DNA of 64,000 bases from Candidatus Bathyarchaeota archaeon. GTDB lineage: Archaea; Thermoproteota; Bathyarchaeia; Bathyarchaeales; Bathycorpusculaceae. Shown piece by piece: positions 53,825 to 64,000 of the stretch (position 1 is its first letter; each line of letters opens with the position of its first letter). Location of the stretch: NCBI GenBank assembly GCA_963767735.1, contig CAVYES010000004.1, positions 160,001 to 224,000 of the forward strand, given 5' to 3'. The notes under the pieces were generated by a model that saw only the letters and a program-made list of their open reading frames with translations, made no database searches and was not told the DNA's origin. A program made the position numbers and the translations under genes.

Positions 53825-55273
53825 TTACGGTTGATTTATGATTTGAAGAACCATATTCAGGACATTTGGGTCAGAGGGAAGATCTGTGTGACTCAGTGTA
53901 CTTCCCATACAAACAAGGTTATTTTTAGTTGGATCAAAGTTTATACCCAAAATATCCGCACTAGGGTAATCAAAAATATTGGGTGATGGCTGATCATTCG
54001 CAATGTTACCCGAGAACCCACTATGACCCGTGAAATCGCTCAGATCATACACGCTTTTCGCTGGAACTGTTCCGTCCCCAACTTTGTCATATAACGGGTA
54101 CGGACCAACGTCCTGAGGTTCAGCAGCATCAGGATCTGGAAACCATAAACCAGTAGGGGTTTGCATTCTGTCGGAGTAGAATGCATACGTCTGGCCAGGG
54201 AGAAAAGTATCATAACCGAGATCATCATGAAAGGACAAAGCGTTGTTGACAAGAGTCGAAACACTTCCCGCGGACACTACAGGTCCTCCCCCTCCATCCA
54301 ACGCGTAAACATTCCCCCATTTTCCTGCGTTAAGTTTGCTTTCTGATTGCAAGTAAGTTCCTTTTATAGTTGGTTCGGAATCATAAAAGCAAGTTACTAA
54401 TGGTCTGTAATCTCCTCCTTTCGTCTGATCAAAGTATACGCCGTACTGATTGTCCGGGAGCAATTGATATACCAGCTGCATTTCTCCCACTATACCTTGT
54501 TGATTCGGAGGCCCATGGCTTGAAAGACCCAAGTCATTAAATTGGAAGCCGGTTCCTGTCCTCAAAACTCTATAAGCTTTTGGCGCGCCGTGGCTTGGTG
54601 TTGCAATCAGGATTTGAGCTTTGACAGAGTTCTGCGGGAATGGGTTCAAAGTCGCCCCATTGGTCCATGGGTCCTTCCCACCTGAAGGTGATTGGTTTGG
54701 GTCTTGAAGGTACTTATCTGATAAGTACGCTCTAGAGATTAAGCCACCGGTGCTGTGGCCGATCAAGTAGATGTCCGAGCCCGCGTTTAGTTTCTGCCCG
54801 CCTAGGATGTATTGCGATATGAAGTAATTCAGTTCGTATGCGTGCTGTCTTATGTCTATTCTCCAATCGTATGGGTACTCAAAAAAGACGTTGGTAGAGT
54901 CCGCGACAGCCGCAGACTCATTCACACTCTTCCACAAACCCTCTTTGGTTCTAATTGACCAGATTTGGTCCCCAGAACTCGTTTTTTGGTCACGGAAAAA
55001 GCTCGTTGTTTTCGTGTAGCCTGGAGCGAAGCCATGCCCTAATAAGGAGATGTCGTCATCCTGTATCAGCTGGTTAGCGCTTAGAGTATAGGTGGGTGAT
55101 GAAAGTGCATCTGAGCCTACTTGATCGGTTCCTTCCATGAAATCCTTGGTTAGAAATACTTTTTTGCCAGCCGCAGGACTCGCCCCTCCAAATGTCTGCG
55201 AGTTATTATTCGGGTTCGGAACATAGAGATCCGACCCAGCTATACCTGGAATGAATATGACTGACTTGGCCAT
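53825..55273 (-). CDS. Alpha/beta-hydrolase lipase/acyltransferase (LCAT/PGAP1-like)
   Basis: FIPGIAGS oxyanion motif, YDWR, GHSTGG nucleophile, TP.HG, GDGTVP, C-terminal His. Confidence 0.85.
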   Translation of the reverse strand: MAKSVIFIPGIAGSDLYVPNPNNNSQTFGGASPAAGKKVFLTKDFMEGTDQVGSDALSSPTYTLSANQLIQDDDISLLGHGFAPGYTKTTSFFRDQKTSSGDQIWSIRTKEGLWKSVNESAAVADSTNVFFEYPYDWRIDIRQHAYELNYFISQYILGGQKLNAGSDIYLIGHSTGGLISRAYLSDKYLQDPNQSPSGGKDPWTNGATLNPFPQNSVKAQILIATPSHGAPKAYRVLRTGTGFQFNDLGLSSHGPPNQQGIVGEMQLVYQLLPDNQYGVYFDQTKGGDYRPLVTCFYDSEPTIKGTYLQSESKLNAGKWGNVYALDGGGGPVVSAGSVSTLVNNALSFHDDLGYDTFLPGQTYAFYSDRMQTPTGLWFPDPDAAEPQDVGPYPLYDKVGDGTVPAKSVYDLSDFTGHSGFSGNIANDQPSPNIFDYPSADILGINFDPTKNNLVCMGSTLSHTDLPSDPNVLNMVLQIINQP

Positions 55274-55651
55274 AAAATCTTCTCATCTTTAAAAGTCTGA
55301 ATCAACTATTAATGGCTTATGTTTTATATTCAATTCATTTTCTCCCATTAGCGCCCTCGGGTAAACGAGATTCCTCATGTTAGCGCGCGATGTCTGGAGC
55401 CTTCGGTCTGTCTGACTTCTTGAGGACCTGCTGATGCTCTCCTTTCGCTATTGTTGGTAGAGCTTTTGACCCTCCTCGTTGATATGTTCTGTATCTTAGG
55501 GATTAGGCCTTATTGCTTCCTTTTCCCCATCCTTGATAATCCCTGATCCACTGCGAGTGGTTGAGCACCATGCGTACATGCATCTTCCACATCTTCCAGG
55601 TATCCTCCAAAACTCGCTCAGTCCGGTCTCTCTTTATCAGCCTGGGCCCTC

Positions 55652-58600
55652 TTGAGGGCAGAGAAGATGATTTCAGGATTATATACCTATAAATGGTTCG
55701 ACCCAGATAATAAATTGGAGGAATGGGTTTTTTCAGATGAGGGCGGAGACTTCCTTTCTGGGATCGTCACTAAACTGGGTCAAGTTTTGATGACCGTTTC
55801 CACCAATCTCTCAACCCCCGATGGATTAACTAGGATTCTTAGGCAACAAGGTTGGGATGTATCATCGGTTCAGGGTACCTTTGACGTTAGCGAAATTTCC
55901 AAAGCTATTAACGACATTTCTTCAAAGCTTTTTTCTGGGACCACACCTTCGCCCGATGATATCACTGGGCTCATACAGGACATAGTTAACATAGTTACAG
56001 ACTTAGAGAATTTTCAGAAGAATCTGTCGAGCGCCAGCTTCGCGCCTTTCAACGATACAAGTTTTAGCTGGTCGGATTTTGGCGAGGAGCTGTTAGGTAG
56101 CCTAATTGACCAGCAACTGGCTTCGAGTATTCCATGGCTTCACCTCCTGCTAAACATACTCGGTATAATTCAGACCAAATCGGTAGATGTGGGAAAAACG
56201 GCAGGCAGGATTAACTACACGGAGACAAGAATACGACTGGATAGGATTTCAGAGATAGTAAATCCCGAAGCCTTACTACAGGACGTATACGGTTGGAACA
56301 GTTCCCCCTTCGATTCTGGGGCGTTCCTTCAGTCACTCGCAGACCTCATAAATGCTATTGGCCTGCAAGCCGAAATTATTGCACCCGACCCCTCCCTTCT
56401 CTCACTTTACTACGCCTCGACAAATACGAGCCAAAGTCAAGTCAATCAACTCGAGGTTCCCCTTTACACTGTGAACACATCAGAGGACGGCGTAGTCAAT
56501 TTTTCACTTTCTGCACTCCCTATCCCGAAAGACGATGGCACGGGCTCACCCGTTGGAATAGCACTCGTAGCCTCTCTAACTGGTCTTCCTTCTCAAGCAA
56601 GTCTAGGAAGCTGGTCGTTTGGACTAACCGGAATCTCCACTACAGCAAATGCTCTGAGACTTGAAATTCGCCCAGGAGAGGCCATTAAGGTAACATCTGA
56701 CTTTTCATTAGGTGCACAACCTCTCGGTTTGGCAGTGGCATATAAACCGGGTACCCCATTCTTCGTCTTTGGAGACGGATCGTCGAATTCACTTCAGTTA
56801 TCAGACGTCTCAATCGGAATAAGCGTTAATCCAGGAAATGGCAATGAGGTGATATTGAGTCTTGGAGTGGATGACGCTAAGCTAATGATAGATCTCTCGG
56901 GGTCCGGGGTGGATTCCTTCATACAGACCATATTAGGTTCGGGTCAGTCAACAGTTGAATTCAAGAACGTCGGGATTGCTTATTCTACAAAGTCAGGTTT
57001 AACGTTCAAAGGCAGTGCCTCACTCCAAGTAACGATTCCGTTGAATCTTCAGCTCGGGCCGATTACCATAACTGGGCTCACGATAGGAATCTCACCGCAG
57101 AACTCAAATCTCGCAATAATATTGGCAGTTAGCGGAAGCATCAGCCTCGGGCCGGTGACAGGGACGGTCGATAATATCGGAGTTATAATAATGGCTAATT
57201 CGAGACCTCAGGGCCAGTTGGTGGATGCAACAAGCAGCGACCCAGCTAACGCCCTTCCTATCTCGATAGGGTTCAAGCCTCCAGACGGCATTGGAATCAG
57301 TATTGACGCCGATGTAGTCTCCGGTGGAGGTTACCTTGCATACGATTCGACCAAGAAAGAGTATTCAGGCGCGCTCCAGCTGGAAGCCGCGGGGATAAGT
57401 CTCAGTGCCTATGGCTTCCTCGATACGGTGATGCCGGGCGGTGGCGGCGGCTACTCGTTGGTCCTTATCATTGATGCTCAGTTCGGTGATCCTGGACTCG
57501 AGATAGGCTTCGGCGTAGCATTAACGGGCATCGGCGGTCTCGTAGCAGTGAACAGAACGATGAATCTGACCGCCCTTTTGGCGGACGTCCAGAACAACAC
57601 CATCCAGAACCTGCTTTTCAACACAGATCCGGTCAATAACGCCCCCCAAATCATAAGCGGGCTTGCGGCACTTTTCCCACCAGAACAGGGAGAATTCGTC
57701 TTTGGACCTATGGTACAGCTCCAGTGGGGTCCTGGCTCGATTGTAACCGCAAATATCGGCGTATTCATAGAGCTAACGAAGGCACCTAAGGTCGTCATCG
57801 TTGGCCAAATGAGTTCCCAGATTCCCAGTCCCGACACCGCACTGATAAACCTTAACGTCGATGTCAACGGATTCATCGACTTCCAAGCAGGGGACCTTGG
57901 GTTCGATGCCAACATCTACAAATCCTACCTAACCATCTTCTCCATCTCGGGACAAATGTCACTGAGGGCACACATTAAAGACAATCCCATGTTCCTGCTT
58001 TCCATAGGCGGCTTTAATCCTAACTTCCAGCCGCCACCCAGCTTCCCTACACTTTCCAGAATCAAAGTAGGGCTCTGCACGCAGCCCCAACTTCTCGTCA
58101 ACCTCACTTGTTACCTCGCTGTCGGCTCAAACCCGTTCATGGTCGGAGCTGAAGTCGATGCCTACGCCTCAGTGGGAAACTTCTACGCACAGGGCAAACT
58201 AGGCTTCGATGCGCTCTTCATCTTTAGTCCATTCAGCTTCACAGTTGACATATGCGCCAGCTTCGCGATTGGATACTCCAATGCCATAATCTTGGCCGCT
58301 GGGCTCTCAGGCACGCTTTCCGGAACAGCGCCTTGGGTTATAGACGGCAGCGTATCCTTCACGTTCCTCTTCTTCCACCCGAGCGTAAGCTTCCACGCCG
58401 TCGTAGGATCAGCCGTCCAACAAGCAGCTCCGCAAAGCGCAGGGGCGGTCGGGGCTGCGCTCACGAATGCGCTGCAAACTCCAGCCAACTGGAGCAGCGG
58501 CACTCCTACTGGCGTCATCAACGTGGTCTCGATTAACCAGCCCACTCCCCCCGACAGCAACACAATCTTAATGGACCCAGTCGGAACGCTATCGGTTAAG

Positions 58601-59251
58601 CAAAGCGCCGTTCCGCTTGCCACGCCAATTACTGCCTACAACAACTCGCCTCAAACCCCAACTTTAAACATAAACATGACAGGTGTCGCACTGGCAGGCG
58701 CGACTGGAGCAACCCCCCAGAACTTAGACCCTTCACAGTCGCAGAGTATAGTAGATCAATTCGCCCCAGCCTCCTACGAGATCCTAACGGACGACCAGAA
58801 GCTCTCGTCCCCCTCATTCCAGCCTCTTCCCGGCGGGGTAACTGTCGCTCCAACTTACTCGAATGCCAGCGTCGACAATACTGGCCCACCGGTCAACTAC
58901 GTTACTAAGTACGTCGACACAGCAGCAACAATGACGAATATCACGAGTGCTTACACCCCTTCCGCCTCAAGATTCCAGACGCTTGTATCCTCAGCAACAG
59001 CAGGTCAATCAGCACTGGCCAACTCGGGACCTCGAAAATACATGTCTGGACCCAGTTCCAGCGTCTCGGTAGAAGACGACTCGTACGTACTAGTCAGCAC
59101 CGACAAAATAACGCCCGTAGGCATGCCCGAAGGGGTCTCGTCCATGGCGTGGTCTCAAGCCAACGGAGCGCTACAGTCATACCTTGCAGCCAATCCAATG
59201 GAGAAGGGATACGTCCAGATCATTCCCCAAACGGAGGTCGCGTCAAGTTGA
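55652..59251 (+). CDS. Large beta-rich protein, DUF6603-like
   Basis: FKPPDGIG, SGGGYL, G.GGL..VNR, FVFGP, LSIGGF.P.F, GFDALF motifs recalled from DUF6603 proteins; exact start uncertain. Confidence 0.7.
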   Translation: MRAEKMISGLYTYKWFDPDNKLEEWVFSDEGGDFLSGIVTKLGQVLMTVSTNLSTPDGLTRILRQQGWDVSSVQGTFDVSEISKAINDISSKLFSGTTPSPDDITGLIQDIVNIVTDLENFQKNLSSASFAPFNDTSFSWSDFGEELLGSLIDQQLASSIPWLHLLLNILGIIQTKSVDVGKTAGRINYTETRIRLDRISEIVNPEALLQDVYGWNSSPFDSGAFLQSLADLINAIGLQAEIIAPDPSLLSLYYASTNTSQSQVNQLEVPLYTVNTSEDGVVNFSLSALPIPKDDGTGSPVGIALVASLTGLPSQASLGSWSFGLTGISTTANALRLEIRPGEAIKVTSDFSLGAQPLGLAVAYKPGTPFFVFGDGSSNSLQLSDVSIGISVNPGNGNEVILSLGVDDAKLMIDLSGSGVDSFIQTILGSGQSTVEFKNVGIAYSTKSGLTFKGSASLQVTIPLNLQLGPITITGLTIGISPQNSNLAIILAVSGSISLGPVTGTVDNIGVIIMANSRPQGQLVDATSSDPANALPISIGFKPPDGIGISIDADVVSGGGYLAYDSTKKEYSGALQLEAAGISLSAYGFLDTVMPGGGGGYSLVLIIDAQFGDPGLEIGFGVALTGIGGLVAVNRTMNLTALLADVQNNTIQNLLFNTDPVNNAPQIISGLAALFPPEQGEFVFGPMVQLQWGPGSIVTANIGVFIELTKAPKVVIVGQMSSQIPSPDTALINLNVDVNGFIDFQAGDLGFDANIYKSYLTIFSISGQMSLRAHIKDNPMFLLSIGGFNPNFQPPPSFPTLSRIKVGLCTQPQLLVNLTCYLAVGSNPFMVGAEVDAYASVGNFYAQGKLGFDALFIFSPFSFTVDICASFAIGYSNAIILAAGLSGTLSGTAPWVIDGSVSFTFLFFHPSVSFHAVVGSAVQQAAPQSAGAVGAALTNALQTPANWSSGTPTGVINVVSINQPTPPDSNTILMDPVGTLSVKQSAVPLATPITAYNNSPQTPTLNINMTGVALAGATGATPQNLDPSQSQSIVDQFAPASYEILTDDQKLSSPSFQPLPGGVTVAPTYSNASVDNTGPPVNYVTKYVDTAATMTNITSAYTPSASRFQTLVSSATAGQSALANSGPRKYMSGPSSSVSVEDDSYVLVSTDKITPVGMPEGVSSMAWSQANGALQSYLAANPMEKGYVQIIPQTEVASS

Positions 59252-62200
59252 GCAATCCGAACCTCGCTAACTATAGCTTCTACTCCTGGGCAAGAGTCGG
59301 AGCTGCCAATCAAATCGCCACCCCCGACGACTTCGGTGGTACGACCGCGTCGAAAAATGCGCCCCTACGTGCACAAATCAATATCCAATTACAGCTCAAT
59401 GACGGTTCGGGCGGTCCTCCTTTAACGGCCAACTCACCAAACATCCTGCTCTACGCGCCCCTTGACGTCACAGGAATCGATTCAAGAGTGTTTTCTCTCA
59501 TTCCAGGGATGCAGCCTTCTGGAACAACTTTCCCAGCAGCAGGTTCAGATAACTTCGAGTCGAACTACCTTCCCTCCTTAGAGTTCTCCGAACACGACCT
59601 GCCGTGGCGATACACTCCCGTTGGTCCAAACCTCGGCGGCGCCAACAGCCCCAGCGGTCTACGCCCTTGGCTCTGCTTAATAGTACTCGCGGACAACGAG
59701 ATTCAATCCTTTACTGCACCATCATCCAGCTTAAAACTTGGTCAAGTAATAGTCATCCAGTCGGTCAACTCTGCAGGTGTTTCTACCCTTCCTCTCCCCG
59801 ACCTGACCGAATCTTTCTACTGGGCTCATGTACAAGTCGCCGCCAGCGTTCCGACGGGCCAAACTTTCTCCGACTTTATTCAAGAGAACAAGACTCTAGT
59901 GAAATCACGACTCGTTTGTCCAAAGATCGCTCCAAGCGAACACCCACTACACTGCCTTCGTGGTCCCTGTATTCAAGAGTGGCGCGCAAGGAGGTCTAGG
60001 GCAGACCGTAAGCTCCACTGGGGTGGGTACAGACAACGCCTGGGACGGGAGTGAAACAAGCGTTACCCTTCCAGTCTACTACTCTTGGGACTTCACAACC
60101 GGACCAGGAGGAGACTTTGAGTCGCTTGTGCTGCAGCTTGTTGCCAGGGATGCGCCCAACGCCATAGGCACTCGGCAAATCGACGGAAGCAATCCAGATC
60201 CCACAACTAACTTCCCATCCGCAGGTCCTCTCACCCTTGCCGGAGCCCTCTCGTCTGCAGGCTCCACCCCCTTCCCACTGACGGAAGCGCCGGGATTCGA
60301 CAACGCCCTCCTTTCATACCTGAACGCATCCACCACCCTCACCTCGCCTCCGAAGGTGGCAGCTCCAGTTTACGGCAAGTGGTACACAGCATCAGATACC
60401 CTCGTGGCTGGAACATCACCTCCCTGGCTCTACAACCTGAATGTTCACCCCGGCAACAGGATGGCGGCTGCAATTGGAGCTGAGGTCATCCAACAGGAAC
60501 GCCAATCCCTTTTGCAGGCCGCATGGTCGCAGGTCCAAGGCATCCAGCAGGCGAACCAGACGTTGCGGCAAGCTCAGCTGTCCAGAGAGGTTCTAAGCCA
60601 ACTCTACAATGAGTACCTCACCCCCGCGCCAACTGAGCAGACCCTATTCGTCACGGCCCCAGTCCAGTCGAGAATACTGAACGGCGATAAGACAGTAAAA
60701 AACGACGTAAGCAGGTCTCCGCTTCCAAGAGGCACTCTGTCTCCAGCCTTCCAGAAAGTGCTAAGGCCACTAGGTCCCATTAGATCGCGTCAAAACCCGC
60801 GGCCCGCAACTACGCCCGGAATCATCACAAGGCTTAATAACGGTCAACTCAATCCCTCACCATCCCCTCCGCCCGTCGCCAACGCTTCGACTTTAAATAA
60901 CGTATCGAATTCGATAGGTGCCTCTTCTCTCCCTCCATGGCTTCTTTCCATTTTCCAGTATCTATACCCTTCATATGGTTATTGATAGTCGTATTGTTTC
61001 TGCTAGGCGTATTGGTCTTCGGTCTTTCTCCCCTTGATCCAGCTCTCGTGGCACTCGCCATCCTACTATTCGCTCTCGGTTTCGCTCTTCAAACCTTATA
61101 CAACAAGTGGAAGCTCGCGAGCCAGACAGCGTCATCAAACCTCACAGCACAGGTTATTCAATCCGTTCCACCGCGTTCCAGCTTCACCTTGGTCACTTCA
61201 AACCAAGCTCCTGTTACCGCAACGTCGACGGGAGCCACTGATACCGTAACCGCAGCGAACTTTCGTGCCGCAGCCTCGGCCCTTCAAAACTACGTGCTTG
61301 ATCCGCTTCCCGCCCGAAAAGTTCGAACTCCTCTCGATCTGAACGCTATAGCCAAAACTATGGTAGCAGGGCTTGATCCTTCGAAAACGGTTCCTGCAAG
61401 GATTCAACCGCGGCTCAACCTTCCTGCATCGCTGAATTGGGCACCGCAGGATCCGCTGCAGACAATACTGTTTGGACCAATGTTTACACAACCCTTGTCC
61501 AAGCCTCTTGTAGCGCGTTGGCCAAACTTTTACCTCCCAGGGTATGGGCAGATACCTGCCAATTCGGTGTTGGTGTTGCAGACCAATCCGGTCTGGGAAG
61601 AGGCATTTATGGTTGGCGCGAACTATACGTGGTTCCAGATAGCCTTGTTCAACGGCTTGTCTACAGACTCACGCTTCTCATCCTTTCTTTATTTCAAAGA
61701 CAAGTCTAGTTGTCCTCCCCCAATTCAGCCTGATATCAATCCGATTTACTTCTGGCCCGCCTCGAATGACTTGGGCGAGAATGGAGCGGATCCCGCGTTA
61801 TCAGCAGGCCAGCTTGTGCTGCTTATATGCGGCAATCTCCTAAGGAGGTATCCCATTCCGGGAAGCACGGCGATATTTGCGGCAAAGGTTTCCCAGGACT
61901 CTAGTGGAAACAGAACGATAAGTTCGGACGAATACCCTCCAGTTTTCACCTGCACGCTTCCCCCTAATATCTCGCTTCTGGGATTTAACCTGACATCAGC
62001 GCAGGTTACTGCGCCGCCGACAGATCCCTCCGACCTCGGCTACTACTTCATAATACAGCAACACCCCTCTACCCCGAAGTTCGGGCTGGAGACTGCCGAT
62101 TGGACAAATCCCGCGATGGCGAACTTCCTCTCACCAGCTGGCTACCTCAAGGTCAACCCTGCCAATGGTAGTCCATTCACTCTTTCAGGCGGAGCCACAT

Positions 62201-62316
62201 GGCCGCCTACCGAACTGAACGCGTCTAATGTCGCATCAATCACCCTCAGGGACCCAGTTCAGGTGGCATACAATGCAAAAGCGCTGATCACCCCGGCTTC
62301 CCCAGGAGGCGCCTGA
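59248..62316 (+). CDS. About 1000-aa uncharacterised protein with a TM hairpin, split by two frameshifts (about 59923 and 60969)
   Basis: TTGA coupling and GGAGG SD; continuous protein LPWRYTP..LRPWL..WAHVQ..SRLVCP / RSLQANTHY..LPVYYSWDF.TG..GDFESL..QAAW.Q / TM / EAFMVGAN..LLRRYP. Confidence 0.75.
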
Positions 62317-62319
62317 CAC

Positions 62320-64000
62320 ATGTCCTACAGCCTACACCCGCTCAAGTCGCAGATTTCTTCCCTTATCTCAGCCAGGTCCGGTCTCCTCGATCAGCTTACT
62401 CAGGCCGACAACGAAAGGTTTAACGCGCTTACCGCCCTGAACGCTTTGATAGCAAAAGGGATTCCAACCAGCGATCAAACATATACTCAGACCTCTACAC
62501 GCCTAGTTACTGCCAACGAAAATCTCAACCAGGCGCGCACCGATCTGACCCAGAACCAAAACCAGCTAAGCGCTGCAATAACAAGTTTCGCCTCTCCTGG
62601 CCTTAGCTCAACGATTCAGGGCATCGCCGCCACCGTGCCAATCTTAATGTTGCCTGTCAGAATGGAAACGAGATATGTCGCAGGCACCAGCGGCACAGAG
62701 CTATGGATCCGCATTTATCCCGACGAGATCGAAGTCGATACGTTCGAAGGTATCCTTACCCAAGATGAAATTAGCCAGGATCCAAACAGCTCTATTCCTA
62801 CAACCCCACCTATTATTACTTCAGCTCAGTGGGCCATTCTCGCGAACAGATTTGGGCCTAGGCGAGCAGCTTGGATCGTGAACAAGGCAGACCCGACGCA
62901 AACCCCGAAGAACTCTTCATGGACTGTTGCGCCCGCGAGCCACGTACTCCCAGACCAGTGGGTTGCAGTTGCATGGTCGAACGGAACATCCTCGATAATC
63001 GCGACAGGGAATCCAATTACCCCTTCCCCGCTCAATGTGGGACCCGACCCATCTTCTGCCGCTCCCTCAAGCAGTTCCGACCTGCCGATAGACGCCAACA
63101 TGAAGTGGATGAGCGATTTCACCACCGCTTACTCTCAAGGTATGGCGTTGATAGTCCCCGCTTCCAGTATTCCCTCAGGAGGCATCGACAGACTAATCGT
63201 TCTAGGAGTCAAAGCATCAGCAGATTCAGTTACGAGCTCCACGCTACTTGGGAATCTTCACGATCACCACCATTACACCGACGGCATCGGCTTTGTCCCG
63301 AAGGGAACAGCTGCACACAACTCAGGCACAATAAGATCAGGCTACACCTCATCTGATCCAGGTTACCAGAACAGCTTCGCGGTCGAGATAGGAGCCAGCC
63401 TATTCACTCCGCACACCGACCCTGACCAAATGACAGACGCCGAACTCTACGCGTACGCACTGGGAATCAGCTCAGACTACTTCCAACATGTCGAAAACGC
63501 AGGACTGACCCAAAGACAGAATGCCAAAAATATGATGACGGCAGTCTGGCCTGCAACACTCGGATACTATCTACAGCAAATGATTCTTGACCCCCAAAAC
63601 GCCGCAATAGAGAGCCTAAGAGAGTACACCGTGGAAAATGTGTGCCCCAGTGGGCTTCTCCCGACGCTTCGAGTAGGGCGCACTCCGTACGGCATCCTGC
63701 CTGTGATGTCCGTACAGTCATCTTCAAATAATTCTCCTATAGTCCTCCGCGCCGGAGGAGGTGCCCTTGCGATTCTCGGACAGCTCATCCAGACCTGGCT
63801 CGGCTTCGTAGCTAGCGTACCAGTGATAGGAAGCACCAATGACCCCGATCAAGAGCTCATCTCCATTTTCGGCATGGACTCGAACTCGAGCCAATTCGCC
63901 GTCAGGTACGCTTTTGCAATCCAATACATGGAGAACCTGCTGGACTTCCTTGGTGTCCAAGCTTCGACGGTTTCTGCTTGGCTCAAGTCGGCGACAACAC
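62320..64000 (+). CDS. Large uncharacterised protein, open to the window end (not in the ORF track)
   Basis: GGAGG SD, ATG 62320, no stop to 64000; N-terminal coiled coil, then LPVRMETRY, LWIRIYPD, FGPRRAAW, HHYTDG, WPATLGY, RVGRTPYGILPV. Confidence 0.85.
   Translation, partial: MSYSLHPLKSQISSLISARSGLLDQLTQADNERFNALTALNALIAKGIPTSDQTYTQTSTRLVTANENLNQARTDLTQNQNQLSAAITSFASPGLSSTIQGIAATVPILMLPVRMETRYVAGTSGTELWIRIYPDEIEVDTFEGILTQDEISQDPNSSIPTTPPIITSAQWAILANRFGPRRAAWIVNKADPTQTPKNSSWTVAPASHVLPDQWVAVAWSNGTSSIIATGNPITPSPLNVGPDPSSAAPSSSSDLPIDANMKWMSDFTTAYSQGMALIVPASSIPSGGIDRLIVLGVKASADSVTSSTLLGNLHDHHHYTDGIGFVPKGTAAHNSGTIRSGYTSSDPGYQNSFAVEIGASLFTPHTDPDQMTDAELYAYALGISSDYFQHVENAGLTQRQNAKNMMTAVWPATLGYYLQQMILDPQNAAIESLREYTVENVCPSGLLPTLRVGRTPYGILPVMSVQSSSNNSPIVLRAGGGALAILGQLIQTWLGFVASVPVIGSTNDPDQELISIFGMDSNSSQFAVRYAFAIQYMENLLDFLGVQASTVSAWLKSATT

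Noticed and set aside
59900-60990. Programmed ribosomal frameshifting in the second giant gene
   Set aside because: No canonical slippery heptamer or stimulatory structure seen; indel error or decay is simpler.

Overview
Archaeal chromosome segment, most consistent with Bathyarchaeia. This is inferred from BRE/TATA promoters, GGAGGTGA-type SD sites, a BHB-intron tRNA, a 7S SRP RNA, a PEF-CTERM protein and typical small archaeal gene families. From left to right: (1) about 1-10.8 kb, the edge of a head-tail provirus-like element (terminase, portal, MuF-like, prohead protease; the capsid gene probably starts at the window edge), interrupted by a host-type surface protein gene and followed by small regulators and operator-like repeats. 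(2) About 11-27 kb, mostly housekeeping genes: SDR epimerase, SPFH, katG, cutA, trpEGDCBA and the SRP RNA. (3) About 27-46 kb, a mosaic rich in TA modules, small regulators and pseudogenes. It includes a RelBE-type module bracketed by a duplicated SRP RNA 3' end, and many CGCG-marked junctions linked to an IS whose two inverted copies lie at 13.6 and 38.9 kb. (4) 46.5-64 kb, tRNA-Arg(TCG) with an integrase-bearing element carrying a cysteine-peptidase-like protein, a lipase/acyltransferase and an operon of very large uncharacterised proteins (DUF6603-like cluster) that runs off the right end. All family assignments come from motif recognition by eye, not database searches. Several single-base frameshifts may be sequencing errors.
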